From NCBI RefSeq assembly GCF_026571515.1, contig NW_026863858.1, forward strand, positions 62,001 through 126,000: a stretch of 64,000 bases of DNA, in the 5' to 3' direction. Positions 38,675 to 52,465 of the stretch are shown one piece after another. The translations under genes and the position numbers were made by a program. The notes under the pieces were generated by a model. That model was not told the DNA's origin. It saw only the letters and a program-made list of their open reading frames with translations, and searched no databases. This DNA is from Ruditapes philippinarum. Its lineage: Eukaryota. Every line of letters begins with the position of its first letter. The first letter of the stretch is position 1.

Positions 38675-39919
38675 ATGACGACTAATTCATCAAACGTATC
38701 CCTTCTCGAGGACAAACTCTTGCAGGATGCCCATCAAAGAATTGTTAGAGAGCACATCCCGTTAATTGTGTTCTTGTTTATAATGTCCGTGCTAGGCATC
38801 ATCGGCAATATTCTGACAATCATTTTCTACGGGTACAGGGTAAAAATGACGTCTACAATTACTTTAATTCGGCTGCTGGCTATAGAAGATCTTATCGTAT
38901 GTTTTCTATTGTTTACAACGATTGCTGATCTCTTCGTTAACATACTCTTTACGGACAGTATCGTCTGTAAAGTGATGTACTTCTTCGACCACTGGTTCGT
39001 TGTTTCGTCCGTGTTTACTTTATGGATCATCTCTATTGATAGATATAGACGGATGTGTCAGCCACTTAAATCACAATTAACTGTGAAAACTGCAACAATA
39101 TCGGTCATTGTGACATCTATATTCTCAATGATATTTTCCTCTCACGATTTTATCACATACACTGCTGTAGAAGTTAATATTTCTACTTTCGACGCATCAC
39201 ATCCGTATGTAACTGGCCATTACTGTACAAATACAGACAGCCCTGATCTGCAGACGGTCGTCATCATCTTCCACGTCTTAGACGCGCTGACCATCTTCGC
39301 GTGTTTGTTAACATTTGTCTTTACGTATGGTAATATTTGGCGGGCACTTCGAGCACACAACAGAAATACAATACATTTGCACACGTCACCCATCCTTCTC
39401 CTCGCGACATAGCACATCTGATTTCAACAGTAAAGTATTAAAAACAGCGTTGACGATACTGAAAAAGACAAGAAGGAACCTGAGACTTTGCTTAACAAAC
39501 AATCTGTTCATTTTAGTCTGAGCAGCAATTTGAATAATTCGCAACCATCCATTGGTGATATAATCAATGAGACAAAACCTATGGCAACAGATAAACATAA
39601 GCAAAGACGATCTTCTTCTAAATCTTCAAAGACGAGTAGATCAGAACGGAGTCTCACTATTATGATGTTTGCAGTCACAATCGGTTTTGTCGTCTGCTTC
39701 ACCCCATACTTTATAGTTAATGTCGCTATAAGAGTATCCTCTGAAACAACCGAGGACGAACTTCGAACAATAATTGAGTTTGCCTTGAGGTCTCCATTCT
39801 GGAACAGTGTCATAAACCCTATTATATTCTGTGTATTCAATACCCAAAATACAGACCGTTATGTGAAAAAATGTCTTTTTTCTAAATGCCCAAGGAAACA
39901 ACCCAAAACAAACCCTTAA
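38675..39919 (+). CDS. Class A (rhodopsin-like) orphan GPCR, paralog 1; reading frame interrupted in ICL3
   Basis: GIIGN (TM1), LAIEDL (TM2), C..M.F.DHW...SIDRY (TM3), CFTPY (TM6), NSVINPIIF (TM7). ORFs 38675..39412 and 39488..39919 are in the same frame, with three stops at 39410-39433 that are removed by a compensating -1/+1 indel pair in homopolymers. tttcag acceptor just upstream of the ATG. Confidence 0.88.
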
Positions 39920-40879
39920 ACCCGTAGCCAAGGGTGATTAAAAAAGATTTTGGATATAAAAACACTTTTAAAAGGACGATTCCAGTACAAAAATTTAAAA
40001 TTTAAATTAAATTTTTTCCCCTTACCCAAAACTCAATTGAATACCATTTCATATGTTTGAATATTTATTTTGATTTTAACGCCGATTTCAACAAATAACA
40101 TTTTGTATATACTCGTAACATTAATTCATACATTTGGACGAAAACTTTCATTATATCATCTTGTGATGAACAAAGACTTAAAAAGTATCAGCAAAAGCCA
40201 TGAAGTGAAGAACCTGTTTACAGGACACATCCTTAAATAATTCAATTGCATAATAAATTGAAAACATTGGAACTGTTGAGAATCAGCGAAGTATTAAGAC
40301 ACAGAATAATTGACTCTGCTTTTCTGGATTTTGAAATCTAATTTATTTAATGTGTTGATACGCCAATGCGCACGAGCGTCTGAATTGTACAAAATTGTCC
40401 AAAACGTTTTTTAAAAAAGGATTTTTATGGTGTATGTACAGTTGTGTGCCGATTGGTTCCAGGGTCTGTCTTGTGGTCATGCCTGATCCGAAGTTTAACA
40501 GGGCTGCATTCCGTGAACGGCTTTCTCCCTTGTTCATCTCTGTATTCATATTTGTCTAAATTCTAGCGAGAAATGTTTCTAATGTTCTTTCTATCTGGTA
40601 TCAGAATGTGGGAACAACTTTGTATTGTATTAAAAGTTTTTTTTTCAGCCCAATTTAAATCATATTTTCAAATGAAGATTTTAATTTAATTCATTATTTT
40701 GGCAATTAATTTGGTTTATCAAAAACTCTTTCAAAAAGTGGTATCTCAGATAATCCTTCTAGTTATAAAGGTATTTCCATCGTTTTGTATACTGCTAATC
40801 TCTTAAAATCATTCTAGAAAACAAAACTTCAACAGTCTTTAGGCTTAACAATGTTATTAAATTTTTAAAAAAAACCTTA

Positions 40880-41720
40880 ATCAAGATCAAGTGATCATAT
40901 GTTTAACTCAAGAACAATTAATCAAAAGGATTATGGTAAAAATGTGACTAACCCTGTTTGCCTGTTTTCTTGATTTCGAAGCCCTACACTCGGCACTTTT
41001 GTTAATATACATAAGATTGGGGTCGATGGTATTTTTCTTTTCAATATCTTACAAAGCGTGCATGGTAATATTTTTTGCATACAATCTGGTCATATAATCT
41101 CTGAAAATTTAAGTGTAACAGTTGGTGTTGAACAAGGTGATGATATAATCCCAAATCTGTCTAAGATATACAATAACGATCTGCCAGACATCTTTAACCT
41201 TTTTACTACAATAGGGACGGCTTTATCCGTCCCTGTTATTTTCGGCGTATTTGCCATATGGACGGCTTTAGCCGTTTCTATAATAATAATAGTAATAATA
41301 ATAAATTAATAATAATAATAATAAAAATAATAATAAATATAAAGAAAATTATACCATCGACAATAATTATTATTATACTAACAGATTTGGAAACATATAT
41401 AATTATTATAATACTAATAACAAATAATAATAATTATATTAATTAATAATATAGTAATCACTTTGAAAACCACCTGGAAAATAGATGATCAATAAAACAA
41501 TAACCCTCTGGCAGCGAAAGGGTTAAAGTTTCTCATGATGATCCACCAGAAATAAACAATGGACTTATATCATATCTCATATATGCTGATTTATAAAGCT
41601 GTTTTAATAAATCGTCAATGTAATGTGAAAAAAAAAATGTCTTACTTGCAACCTAAATAAAACTGAGGCTATTGTGTTCTGTAATGAAATGTCCCCTAAA
41701 AATATAAGTAGGAAACTATT
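40880..41720 (+). mobile_element. Degenerate LINE reverse transcriptase fragment, split by a MITE
   Basis: CFLDFE, VGVEQGDDIIPNLSKIYNNDLPDIF [insertion] KVSHDDPPEINNGLISYLIYAD: RT domain motifs QGD and YAD. Confidence 0.75.
41198..41522. mobile_element. TTAA-flanked piggyBac-like non-autonomous insertion with (AAT)n interior
   Basis: TTAA|CCTTT ... AAAGGG|TTAA; removing it restores the LINE RT frame exactly. Confidence 0.7.
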
Positions 41721-42833
41721 TGTATAAATCTTGAAATATTATTCTCATAATTATAATGTGTAAAAATATCTACAAGAGAGGTTTGTGAGCTAAGTTTAAG
41801 CTTAATCTAATTTTATTTATTTTTTTCAAAATGAACGTTATTTTCGGTGTTTATTCTAGAAGGGGGGTGGGGGATTCACTCATATTTTTGAGAACAACCC
41901 CATATTTTTTCCGAGGCCGGGGGAAATTTTACATAGAGAAAGAAGGAAAAAGATGAACAAATGTAATAAATTCTCATTTTTCGATAATTACGAATTCTAG
42001 AATAGACACTGAATTTAATTCATATCCATCGCCAAATTTTCATCAGAGAATAACCCTTTGCCTTTGTCAAGAGAGTTTCAGTACATTTGACAAAAAGGGT
42101 ACCGTTATGGAAATACACCGTGGGTAAAGAACAACTTGCTTAACGATTTTGTAAATAAAATAAATTGTGTATCGCAGCTTGATTGTATGCAAGTTTGTGT
42201 CGTATATCCATTAGGTTGATACATACATGTATGAAGCTCCTCCTATTTTATAGTCTGTCCCATTCAAAATGGGAATGAATATTTGCCTGGTATAGATTAA
42301 CAAAACGAGGTAGAGTTATAAATAAACCACTTTTGTAAACCCCCCAAAAATCTCCCTCGAGACTTTTTCATGATATTTCTCTAAATACTTACTTAATTCT
42401 CTTGCAAAAGCAAAGTTTTATTTCTCTACGACAATATCTTGTAGTTTTTTTGTATTTTGTCTTTTTTTTCTTTTTTTGTTTTTGTTTCGTTTTGTTTTTT
42501 TTTGTTGTTTTTTGTTGTGATTGTTTAGCTATTGCCGAATCACTCTTCATTTGAAGTTTGAAGTTGTAACTATCCTGATTAGTTATCGTACGGCTAGAAC
42601 CTATTGATGTCTATTATATAATATGTTTCCGCATACATATTTAGAAGAATGCAAACAACCACTTCAGAACTACTTGATGTCTTGCGTATGTTTCCATTGT
42701 GAACAGACAGACACGATTTCCGATAGAAAGCACGATGATAAAAAAAAAAAACAAATGCTAATTTTTTTTAATAATTTCAAAACTGATTTTAAAGGCCAAT
42801 TATTCCTTACACATACTATCATTTTTAATACAA

Positions 42834-42889
<56 letters not shown>

Positions 42890-43950
42890 GTATCTTGCTA
42901 CAGTTTCCAAAAATTTACTCATTTGCTACACATAGTTGTATTGATTGTCTAAACCCTAATCCTACATTTAAATACTGCTACCTTGGTGACGCACTACTAC
43001 TGCTCGTTTAGTGCTATTTTTCTCAGTTGTTTAACATCTAATATGCTATAAATCCATTATTAGAACATTATTAAACACATGTTTATAGAATATGAAAAAC
43101 ATATGAATTTTTGAGACATAATATGCCTTTAATGATAATTATGAGTCATTTTATTATCTTATGATGATTAATAGATGAAATAGATAATCAATAAAGAAAT
43201 GAGGGAAATGAAGATAATTGTTCGTATACAATGACTAATACAAGGAAGGTGCCACTATAATAACGGCCTTGGTTAAACTTCCCGAGATCACTTAAAACTG
43301 TGATTTAATTCCAGTGTTTATACACATAATTATACGTTTTCATCCTTTTCAAGTAGGTTTTACATTATCAAAATAAACTGATGGAAAATTTGAGATAATA
43401 AACTGGAACTGTATGTACGTGTTTGTTTATTGTAAGTTATACGTTTTAGCCTTTCATATTTCATTTTAAAATTATGTTATACATGTATAATCTTTATTCT
43501 AATTTTAAATTTTAAACAAAATTAAAATATATGAAGTTTGATATTTTTTTAGAAATGATTAATTGGAAAAGGTACTAATACCTACCAATGTAATGTCTAC
43601 TATAATAATTACCGCTGCAGTCATACTATATTTATTATACAAAAAAAATCAAGCTTGTTTCATCTTGTTTGTTCTTGTTATCACCGTCGGGTTTTTTATG
43701 TTTATTTCTAGTTCTTATGTAGAAGATAATCTATTTGTACGACTGCTAAATTATGAAAGGTGAGACCAACAGAAGTTGACATTCACTAAACGTAACCCCT
43801 AACATTCATATTACTAATAAAAGTTAGATAAATCTGGATGTTATGTAAACTATATGAAATTCCCATGTCTATACTTTTTTTAGAAAAAAAATGTATTTTC
43901 AGATTGTGTGATTGTTTTTTACTTCTGAAAGATATCAGTAATTATATATA

Positions 43951-44156
43951 TGAGACGCGTATGACAAAACCAGCATAATGCGTTTGCGACCAGTATGGAT
44001 CCAGACCAGCCTGCGCATCCGCGCAGTCTGATCAGGATCAATGCTGTCCGCTATCAGTTTCTCTACTTTCCTGATCAGACTGCGCAAATGCGCAGGCTGG
44101 CCTGGATCCATGCTGGTCGCAAATGCATTATGTTTGTTTTGTCATGGTCCGGCTCA
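43951..44156. mobile_element. Palindromic MITE (family A), copy 3, internally shortened
   Basis: Same TIR sequence as 15121 and 34159. Confidence 0.8.
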
Positions 44157-44915
44157 TATAAACTATTTACAGTTTGTCGGTATGTTCTATATTCTAACAA
44201 CGCACTGATGCAATGCTAGCCAACATCCAACGATCAGAAATAGATAGCCAAAACCTTCCAAAAGAAATATTAAAAAAAACTAATCCAACGTCATTTTGAT
44301 GTTACTTTATATTCTTTGCGGTCAGTTATTGTTGACTATATCAACTCGAGAGAAGAATAAGTACTGAAACAGTTATATCATGCAAAATCAGACTAAGAAA
44401 GTGCGATCTGCAAATATAAATACCACGACATTTTCGTAACCTCTATGACCGTTCAGCACGGCATTTTTCTGATCCACTTTCAAAAGGGCACATTCTTTTA
44501 CTTGGGGACCACATGCTACTTTTCATGGAATGGCATGAATGTGTCTCATTGAAGGTTCCATGATCCCCGCCGTATGAACACATCTGCAGATGTTTCTAAA
44601 TTCAAAATTTTATCATTACATGTTTGAATGGTGAATACTGCCGGTGCTAGGGGCGTGGACGATAGCTTGCTATATCCAGTACCTAATGAAAGAGAGTTAT
44701 GCGTATTCGTTTACAAATAATGCCAACTAAAATCCAGCTTGTTACATTTCCAACAACAAGCATGCTCGGTCCAACTCATAAGTTCAAATTTTAACTTCAC
44801 GTTGATAAGAGCCAGTTATCATCATCAGCATCATTGTGACCGACAGTTATGTGTTACCCTTTTTAATTTAATACTGTACGATGAATTTCTATCTTCTAGA
44901 TTGACATGATGAAAG

Positions 44916-46232
44916 ATGACGCAAAATAGTAGCTATACCAACTTGACGTTATCGTCAAAGTGGGACGAACTTTTACAAGAAGCACATCGAAAGAAAGTAT
45001 TAGAATATATGCCACTGATAGTTGTACTGTTTGTGCTAGTAGTTGTCGGACTGATCGGGAACATTCTGACAATATTATTCTATGGATTTAAAATAAAGAA
45101 AACGCCTACGTTTGTACTGATATTGCTTCTGGCAATAGTTGACCTCATTGTCTGCTGTCTGGCATTCACAACTATCGCAGATCTGTGTGTTAATATTATG
45201 TTTACAAGTGAAATTCTTTGTAAATGTATGTATTTCTTGGATCACTGGTTGATGTTGTCATCCGTTCTAATTCTCTGGATAATATCCATTCATAGGTATA
45301 GAAGGATCTGCAAACCATTGGGAAGACAATTGGATGAGAGATCAGCAAAGATTGTTGTTGTCATGACAACTACGTTGTCAATGGTATATTGTATACATGT
45401 TTTCATCATTTACAAACCTGTGAAGTTAAACATATCAACTTCAGATGATTCTGTTCCAATAGTAGTTGGACATTATTGCACGAATACCGATGACCCGGAC
45501 ATTAGAGATGTTCTCATTACCTTTCATATCATTGACATAGTCTCTATATTGTTCTGCTTCGCGACATTTGTGTTTACTTATGGAAACATATGGCGCACGG
45601 TTAGACGACACACTAGAACAGCGACAACACTCAAGCAGGCTGTTCCATCAAGTTCAACTGTAAAACGTACAATACCTATTCAAAACAACTTGGAGCAGAC
45701 AAGTACTGTCAGCTCTAAAGACAATATATCAACGGAGACAACAACAACCCAGATGCAAATGAGTAATATCACAACTCTAGGAGTTTCGTTAAGACAGGGA
45801 AACGATCTTGGTCAGTCGGTGGGAGATTCTGAAAACGAATCTACAACATCAGTACCTAAAGATAACCAAAATAAGTTCAAATCTCAAAATGCTCAGAAGG
45901 ATCTGTCTTCATCTAAAGCTTCAGAAGATCAAAAAGTGCATGCCGCTTCAAAGTCTTCAACAACGTTAACACGTGAACGTAATATAACGTTGATGATGTT
46001 CGCCGTCACAGTTGGACTCGTTGTTTGTTTCACACCGTACTTTATTGGTACTGTAGGAACAAGAGCGTTGTCATCAACAAACGAATCAGAACTTAACATT
46101 GGAAATGAGTTGGCACTTCGATTTCCCTTTTTTAACAGTATTATAAACCCAATAATTTTCTGTGTGTTTAATCCGCAATATAGGAGGTACGTGCTAGGTA
46201 AACTAGCGGCTTGTCTTCTAAGGAGGAAGTAA
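44916..46232 (+). CDS. Class A (rhodopsin-like) orphan GPCR, paralog 2, intact 438 aa
   Basis: Seven hydrophobic segments; GLIGN, LAIVDL, SIHRY, CFTPY, NSIINPIIF; N-terminal sequons NSS and NLT; long S/T-rich ICL3; ttctag acceptor upstream of the ATG. Confidence 0.95.
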   Translation: MTQNSSYTNLTLSSKWDELLQEAHRKKVLEYMPLIVVLFVLVVVGLIGNILTILFYGFKIKKTPTFVLILLLAIVDLIVCCLAFTTIADLCVNIMFTSEILCKCMYFLDHWLMLSSVLILWIISIHRYRRICKPLGRQLDERSAKIVVVMTTTLSMVYCIHVFIIYKPVKLNISTSDDSVPIVVGHYCTNTDDPDIRDVLITFHIIDIVSILFCFATFVFTYGNIWRTVRRHTRTATTLKQAVPSSSTVKRTIPIQNNLEQTSTVSSKDNISTETTTTQMQMSNITTLGVSLRQGNDLGQSVGDSENESTTSVPKDNQNKFKSQNAQKDLSSSKASEDQKVHAASKSSTTLTRERNITLMMFAVTVGLVVCFTPYFIGTVGTRALSSTNESELNIGNELALRFPFFNSIINPIIFCVFNPQYRRYVLGKLAACLLRRK

Positions 46233-48299
46233 AAGACTATCTTGTATGAGTCTTTGTGATAAAAATCTACTATAACTTTATGGTGCCTTGAAACTAAAAT
46301 ACTAACTCATCAACAAACTAGTTTGTTGGTATGGGACTATATTATATCTATTATAATAACCTATTTGGGCACACTTCTATATTGTACATATTTTACTTTT
46401 TGACAAACGAAATCACTGTACCACGACTTGCAAGGATATACTATGCAATGTGCGGTTACAAGCACCTGTTACTTCCTGTAACTGTCCCTTTCTTAGGACC
46501 TAATATACATGTATATTTTGATTTGTTTGTTTCTGAGAGTTGACTCGTTTATCCGCTTTGTATTCCATACATATTTCCTTTTCTTGACCTGAAAATGTTT
46601 TTCAACACCACTCCTTATTTTCAACGTAAGTTGAAAATCACTTATAATAATTGATGTTCCTATAAAAATGAACAGCGACAAATTACATGAGATTTATTGA
46701 TATTCTAGATTGAACTGGTGGAACCTTGAGTATATCCAGCAATAGAACGTTCAATAGATAAACAGGTAGAAACTTCCTCAAATGAAAGAATAAATGAAGT
46801 CGTATGTGGGACTCGAGCCCTACGCAACGGTGAGCAGCAAGTAGTTTGAAATCATTGATTTCATAATCAGTCGATCAGGAAAGCTTTTACAATATCCGAA
46901 GAGCGTAACGTTTCATCGTATGCAAGCTCCACGTTGACACTGGTGATTGTAACAAATACGACTTCAAACGAAAATTTACTGTATCTGTCCAATGTTTTAA
47001 AACTACGTTTGATTTGTTCACTTCAATAGAAAACCAGAAAACTAGTTTCAATGTAGATCCATACACCTCGGTAAATATCACCGATTTGGACTTTTCTGAT
47101 CAATTTTCAACGGATTATTTTTAAAGATTTTTTTAACTTATTGATTTTTGACACATGCAACACACGTGGTTCAATCAATTGTTTAATTACTTGTGTCTTT
47201 TTTTAATTCATTTCTTTGATACATACATATTTATATGTAATGTTTCATAATTTCAATATCTAAAGTCGCATAATGAGTGATTGGCAAGCACAAAAACATA
47301 GTAGTAAAATCTGCAAAATATAATAAAAAAATGTTAAATTAAGATTTGAAACAACTACCTTCAATTTTAAACTGAAAGTCTAAACTCTTTTGTTACTGAG
47401 GCTAGTTAGGCAGTGTTTGTGTTAGTAACATTAAGGTATATATTAACCATGTATACCGTCACACCATACTTTAAAATCCGTTTTACTTAGGAGTCCGATA
47501 ATTACCAACAAAAGGTCATTGAATATTTCTATCAGAACTTCGATTTCTTTATGTTGGCACAATTTAAATGAAAGTGATAGCATTGAAAGTGGTAGACACT
47601 ATGATATCCCACGAGAACAGATTTTGTAAATCATGTAATATGTCAAAAACAAAAATCGAAGATGAAAACCATTTTTAATGGTCCACATTTCAGACTTTTG
47701 AGAAATAGATATGTTTATTGCTATCAATTGCCGACTTTGAATAAATTTGATTCTGTTATATCGTATTAGAGTTATATATGTGTAATGATGCGTATATGTA
47801 TATTTATCATTCCTTATGATGCTTCCATGTTTTTCTGAAATTAAAATTTCGTTCCAAAAAACAATCTCTTCTCTTTTTAGACTGTAAAAATTGCATTTTG
47901 TTGTTATCGTTATTTCTTCTCTTTTTATACTGTAAAAATTGCATTTTGTTGCTGTTGTTGTTGTTTTTGTTGTTATTTTTTTCCCTATATTCTTTTTTCA
48001 CACTGTATATTGGATCTGTATCGGCTATAAACATTGTTTTAACATGTTTAATTCTGAAAAAATTCGTATTCGAATATTCAAGATTGCAAACAATATTGAA
48101 ATCATAATTATCGGGGATGGAGTCCTAACTTGATCTCCTTCCTGATAATTTTAATTATCGGTCAGCTTGTACGTGCATGCTCTACGGATAACAGGATGGT
48201 TCAATGCGTACTTTGTATTGATTTATTCTTAATATCTTTGTTTTAATAACTGACGTCGAAAATGTTTGTACCCGTTAATTTATATTATCACGAAGAGCC

Positions 48300-48306
48300 T
48301 ATATAA
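48300..48306 (+). promoter_or_regulatory. Candidate TATA box of secreted-protein gene copy 1 (conserved at ~54213 and ~60281)
   Basis: gagccTATATAA about 85-95 bp upstream of the ATG in all three copies. Confidence 0.55.
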
Positions 48307-48388
48307 ATTGATATTTCGACGTGGATACGGAGTAAAAGATAGAAGCGTTCATTCGATAAACATATACGGAGCAGACGAACAAAACAAA

Positions 48389-49649
48389 ATGTTCACTATC
48401 AGTGGGGTTCTTATTACATGGCTATCTATGTTAAGGTAGGTGTTCTGATTGTCTTTTTGTAATTGTTGTTATTGTTTCATTTCTAGAGTATTTCTTTATT
48501 CTGTTTNNNNNNNNNNNNNNNNNNNNNNNNNNNNNNNNNNNNNNNNNNNNNNNNNNNNNNNNNNNNNNNNNNNNNNNNNNNNNNNNNNNNNNNNNNNNNN
48601 NNNNNNNNNNNNNNNNNNNNNNNNNNNNNNNNNNNNNNNNNNNNNNNNNNNNNNNNNNNNNNNNNNNNNNNNNNNNNNNNNNNNNNNNNNNNNNNNNNNN
48701 NAAGTAATAAAATACATAACATAAAAAAGTAGATATTATTAAATCTCCATCTTTTGTAGAAGTTCCAATTATTCTAATGTCCCATGCCAAATTGCTCTGT
48801 CAGAAAATGCCGATGAAAAGCCGTGAGATCTAACAAACAAAGCAAATGAATGAAATAATCACTTGATGTTCAGAACATGTCATATGGTCTTAAGGTCAAT
48901 AAAAGTGAATGTCATAATAGTTAAATGACATAATTAAAAAAGTTGCAGATTTTGTGTGAACAAGAGTGCCTGTGAATGGCATTGACATATATTAAATACT
49001 TTCTTTAGCTGAACACTGCGCAATATTAGCAAAACACCACGCTATACCAGTTACATTCTTAGCAGAACACTACCATTTTTGCAGCAGACTAGTCATAAAA
49101 CGAAAAGGGTGTTTAATGGCAGTAGAACTTACTGCATATCAACTTTTATAGAACGACTTAAGGATAAACTGATAATTTAAATATTTATTTATTTTCTTTT
49201 ATTTCAGTTTCACAGATGGCAAACCAGTCTCGACATTCACCGATGGTAACGTTACATTAGAAGAGGTAATTGGACGTAATTTTACAAACATGGCAGAAGG
49301 GATCATCTTTACTGAGAACGCCCACGACAATAAATCGGAAGAGTCAATTGTCTTCTTTGCTGCGGGCACAGACGCTTGTGACGAGACTACGGATCAAGAA
49401 GGTGCAGGAAAAGTAAATATCGCCATAGGCGTTCTACTGTTCTCTGCTGATAACATAGTGGATGAAAATCCAAGCGTAGATTACAGCTTTGAAGAAGAAG
49501 ATACAAAGAAACAAAACATAATGATAGAAAAGCTGTTCAGCAACAAAGAAACAAAGCAACGACAACATAAACACAAGAAACATCATCACAATGGCAGAAA
49601 ATTCGCACACTGGCCATCTGATTTTAAAAAAAAAACTGCAGAGCTCTAA
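48389..49649 (+). CDS. Uncharacterised secreted acidic/His-rich precursor, copy 1 (exons 48389-48435, 49208-49649)
   Basis: aaaATG MFTISGVLITWLSML AG|gtaggt ... tttcag|T FTDGKPVSTF...; phase 2 joins in frame. C-terminus extended (WPSDFKKKTAEL*) by a one-T difference. Confidence 0.8.
48507..48700. other. Assembly gap (N run) in intron of copy 1
   Basis: Ns. Confidence 1.
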
Positions 49650-50137
49650 AAGCTGACTCAGTCTTGATATTCAAGATTGGTAGAATTTGTCTATGTTGTG
49701 AATTTATGTATGTATCAATAAAATATTCCAAATGAGTAAAATATTGTTTATTTTTCTTTTCGGTATAAGCCAATAAACAAATGTGATACTGTGTTTTAAT
49801 ATAAGTGTAGCACTTTGTCTGCAACGAGTTTATCAAGCTAGATAATCAACATTTTTTTTTATCTCGTAGCACTTACGGAATCCATTATATAGAGAATAGT
49901 GAATGAGTGTAGGTTTAATACTGAATTTTTTGAACGAGAGGCTTTCATAATATTATTTATTCAACATGTTTAATAAATTCAGTATTGAACAATATCCTTT
50001 ATATATTAAATTTTATGCGGGCCTCTAAACCTACACGAATATATAACTTAACTGAAAGTGGTTTTGCCATCAAACTTTAATGATCTTAAAAACTAGAAAT
50101 AATGGTAGACTTATTTTTCTTGTATCATTATACATGT

Positions 50138-51434
50138 AACAAGAAAAACCGGGATCGCTCACCTGAGATACATTGCTAAAAAGGTCACACTTTTTATTTC
50201 TCATATTGGGTTTGTTATTTCTAACTAAGCTGCATTATAAGGTGATGTTACATGCAAAAGTATCTTAACTCTGGAAATTGTATTTTCAGAGAAGAAGAAT
50301 TTTAGTACAAGTCTATGATAACTAAGTGACCCCCGGGCGAATCCATTTAAGGCCCTGGGAATATTAATTACAAGATTATGAAAATTTTGTAGAGGTTCAC
50401 ATAGACAATGATGCATTCAAAATATCTAAGGTCAAGGCAAAGGAAGAGGACTGAGATACATTTTCCTATACAAATAATTATGAACTAAGTGGCCTCAAGG
50501 GAGTTGGCCACCTTTGAATAAAGTGGTATGATTTTTATATGCTTTTTGAAGAGGACTTTAATGTGATTCTTCATATCCCGTATCTGGGCTCTTGGCATTG
50601 TACATTCAGAGAAGATGATTTAAGACATATTTACTATTCTTGTCTATATTTAATAAGTGCTCCTCCCCTGGGTTTGGCGATTTTCTGACCCTAGTAGAGT
50701 TATTTATATCAGTTATGTATAATTAATCTACTATGTTAAGCTACGTGCCAAATACATAAGCTCTTGCAATTGTATTTTATCAGAAAATACCTAAGTTATT
50801 TCCTTTTTAAGTCCATATCAACGAAAGTGAACGGGGCATGATTTATATAACTTTTGAAGAGGACGATAAGGTGATGTTACATGCCAAATATCTAAGATCT
50901 AGGCAATGTAGTTTCTGAGGAGAAGGTTTTAAAAAATATTTTACTAACAAGACAACATAAATTAAGGGCAAGGGTCCCATGGCAAGATCAATTTAACCCA
51001 AGGGACATGATATATATAATATTGTATATTTAAGTAGGATGTCACTTGGCATTGAAGTTTCATCAAACTAAGAAGACTAAAATGTATTTTCAATTTAAAC
51101 CTATGTAAATTAAGTGACCCCTATTTCATGGCCAATTTTAACACCAGGGACATGATTTTATAATGTGATTTTTCATGCTAAGTATTTAAGATCTCAGCAT
51201 CGTAGTTTCAGAGAAGAACATTTCAAATATTTCATTTTTAAAGCTTTCAGCTCATGTTACCTACTTATGCATCAGACTGGAGCCGTTTTTTAAGGAATAT
51301 CAAAATATCATTCCTGTGAAGTTTAGTCATATTTCATCGAGTGGTTTAAGTGATGTCTTTCAAAGAAATTGTGAACAACGACGAACGACGAACAAATTAT
51401 CATTTTCTGAGCACAAGTGTCCATGTGAGTTAGA
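50138..51434 (-). mobile_element. Old HINE-like element (also 56092-57403; truncated at 62172-62945)
   Basis: Minus-strand 3' end ctcaggtgagcgatcccggttttcttgtt, degenerate ~160-bp internal units, cgtcgttcgtcg microsatellite near the 5' end. Confidence 0.6.
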
Positions 51435-52465
51435 ACGACATACATATAAACAGAACAGAACAGAACATATAAATTATTTTGAATTAAGCAAATACAACTC
51501 ATCTTCATATACAACAAATATACAACAAATATACACATGACTGTATGAATATGAAAAATGGTAAACGGATATCAATAAATTAAATAAACTAGTGAGAGTG
51601 TAATACAAAACACATGTAATATCCTCAATACAACAAGGTGCTCTTACATATCGTTATCCGGCAAAGACTTAAATTTTTTGTGACAACATGGTCCTCCTAT
51701 CGTTATTGACATCTTTGTAAAGAAATCATCGCCTAATGAGTCGAGACGAGCAGCAAGCAAGAATTTAACGTCTGAATTAACTTGCATTTTGTCGGACAAT
51801 TTTTAAGAGAAATTATATTATATTCAAGGAAAGCCTGACATCAAACTAGAAAATGTATAGTATTGATATTTGTATTCTATATGTTTTTTTTTCATGAAAG
51901 ATATTAAAACTTGTATTAATTGTTTTAATTATCTTTTTACCAACGGGCTGTACGAACGTTTGTTAGATGAGAGACAGTCCAAGCACGAGGACTTATAAAT
52001 CTTTGTCCAAAATATGTTCATCTAAATGTCATGTTACGTTTTCAAAAGCATTTACATGGTGAATATCAATATCGGCATCCTATTTGCGACTATCTATTAC
52101 TATTTGTCTTCTATTCAAAGATTATCCAAAGAACATATCAGGTGCACGACCTGGATGCGGCGAAACATTGCGATATTGTGTACAAGTAGCTTATAGTCGA
52201 GTTGCAGTAATTGGGAAATGGTCACACTCCTTATAAGGACACAGTTACGACATTCTTTTGTTCCATAGTATATTTTTTACTCGACATACCCCTTTTATCA
52301 GTAGAATGAACATTTACTGGATTTGTGTCCATCGCCCGATTGTTTTCATAAAAGAATGATTTGTACTGAAAAGATGGTACTGTTTTAGTAAATTTAGCAA
52401 TAAGTTACCGATATGGATATTCGCCGTGATTTAGTTATTCATGTTATTCATATATTTTGATTTAA

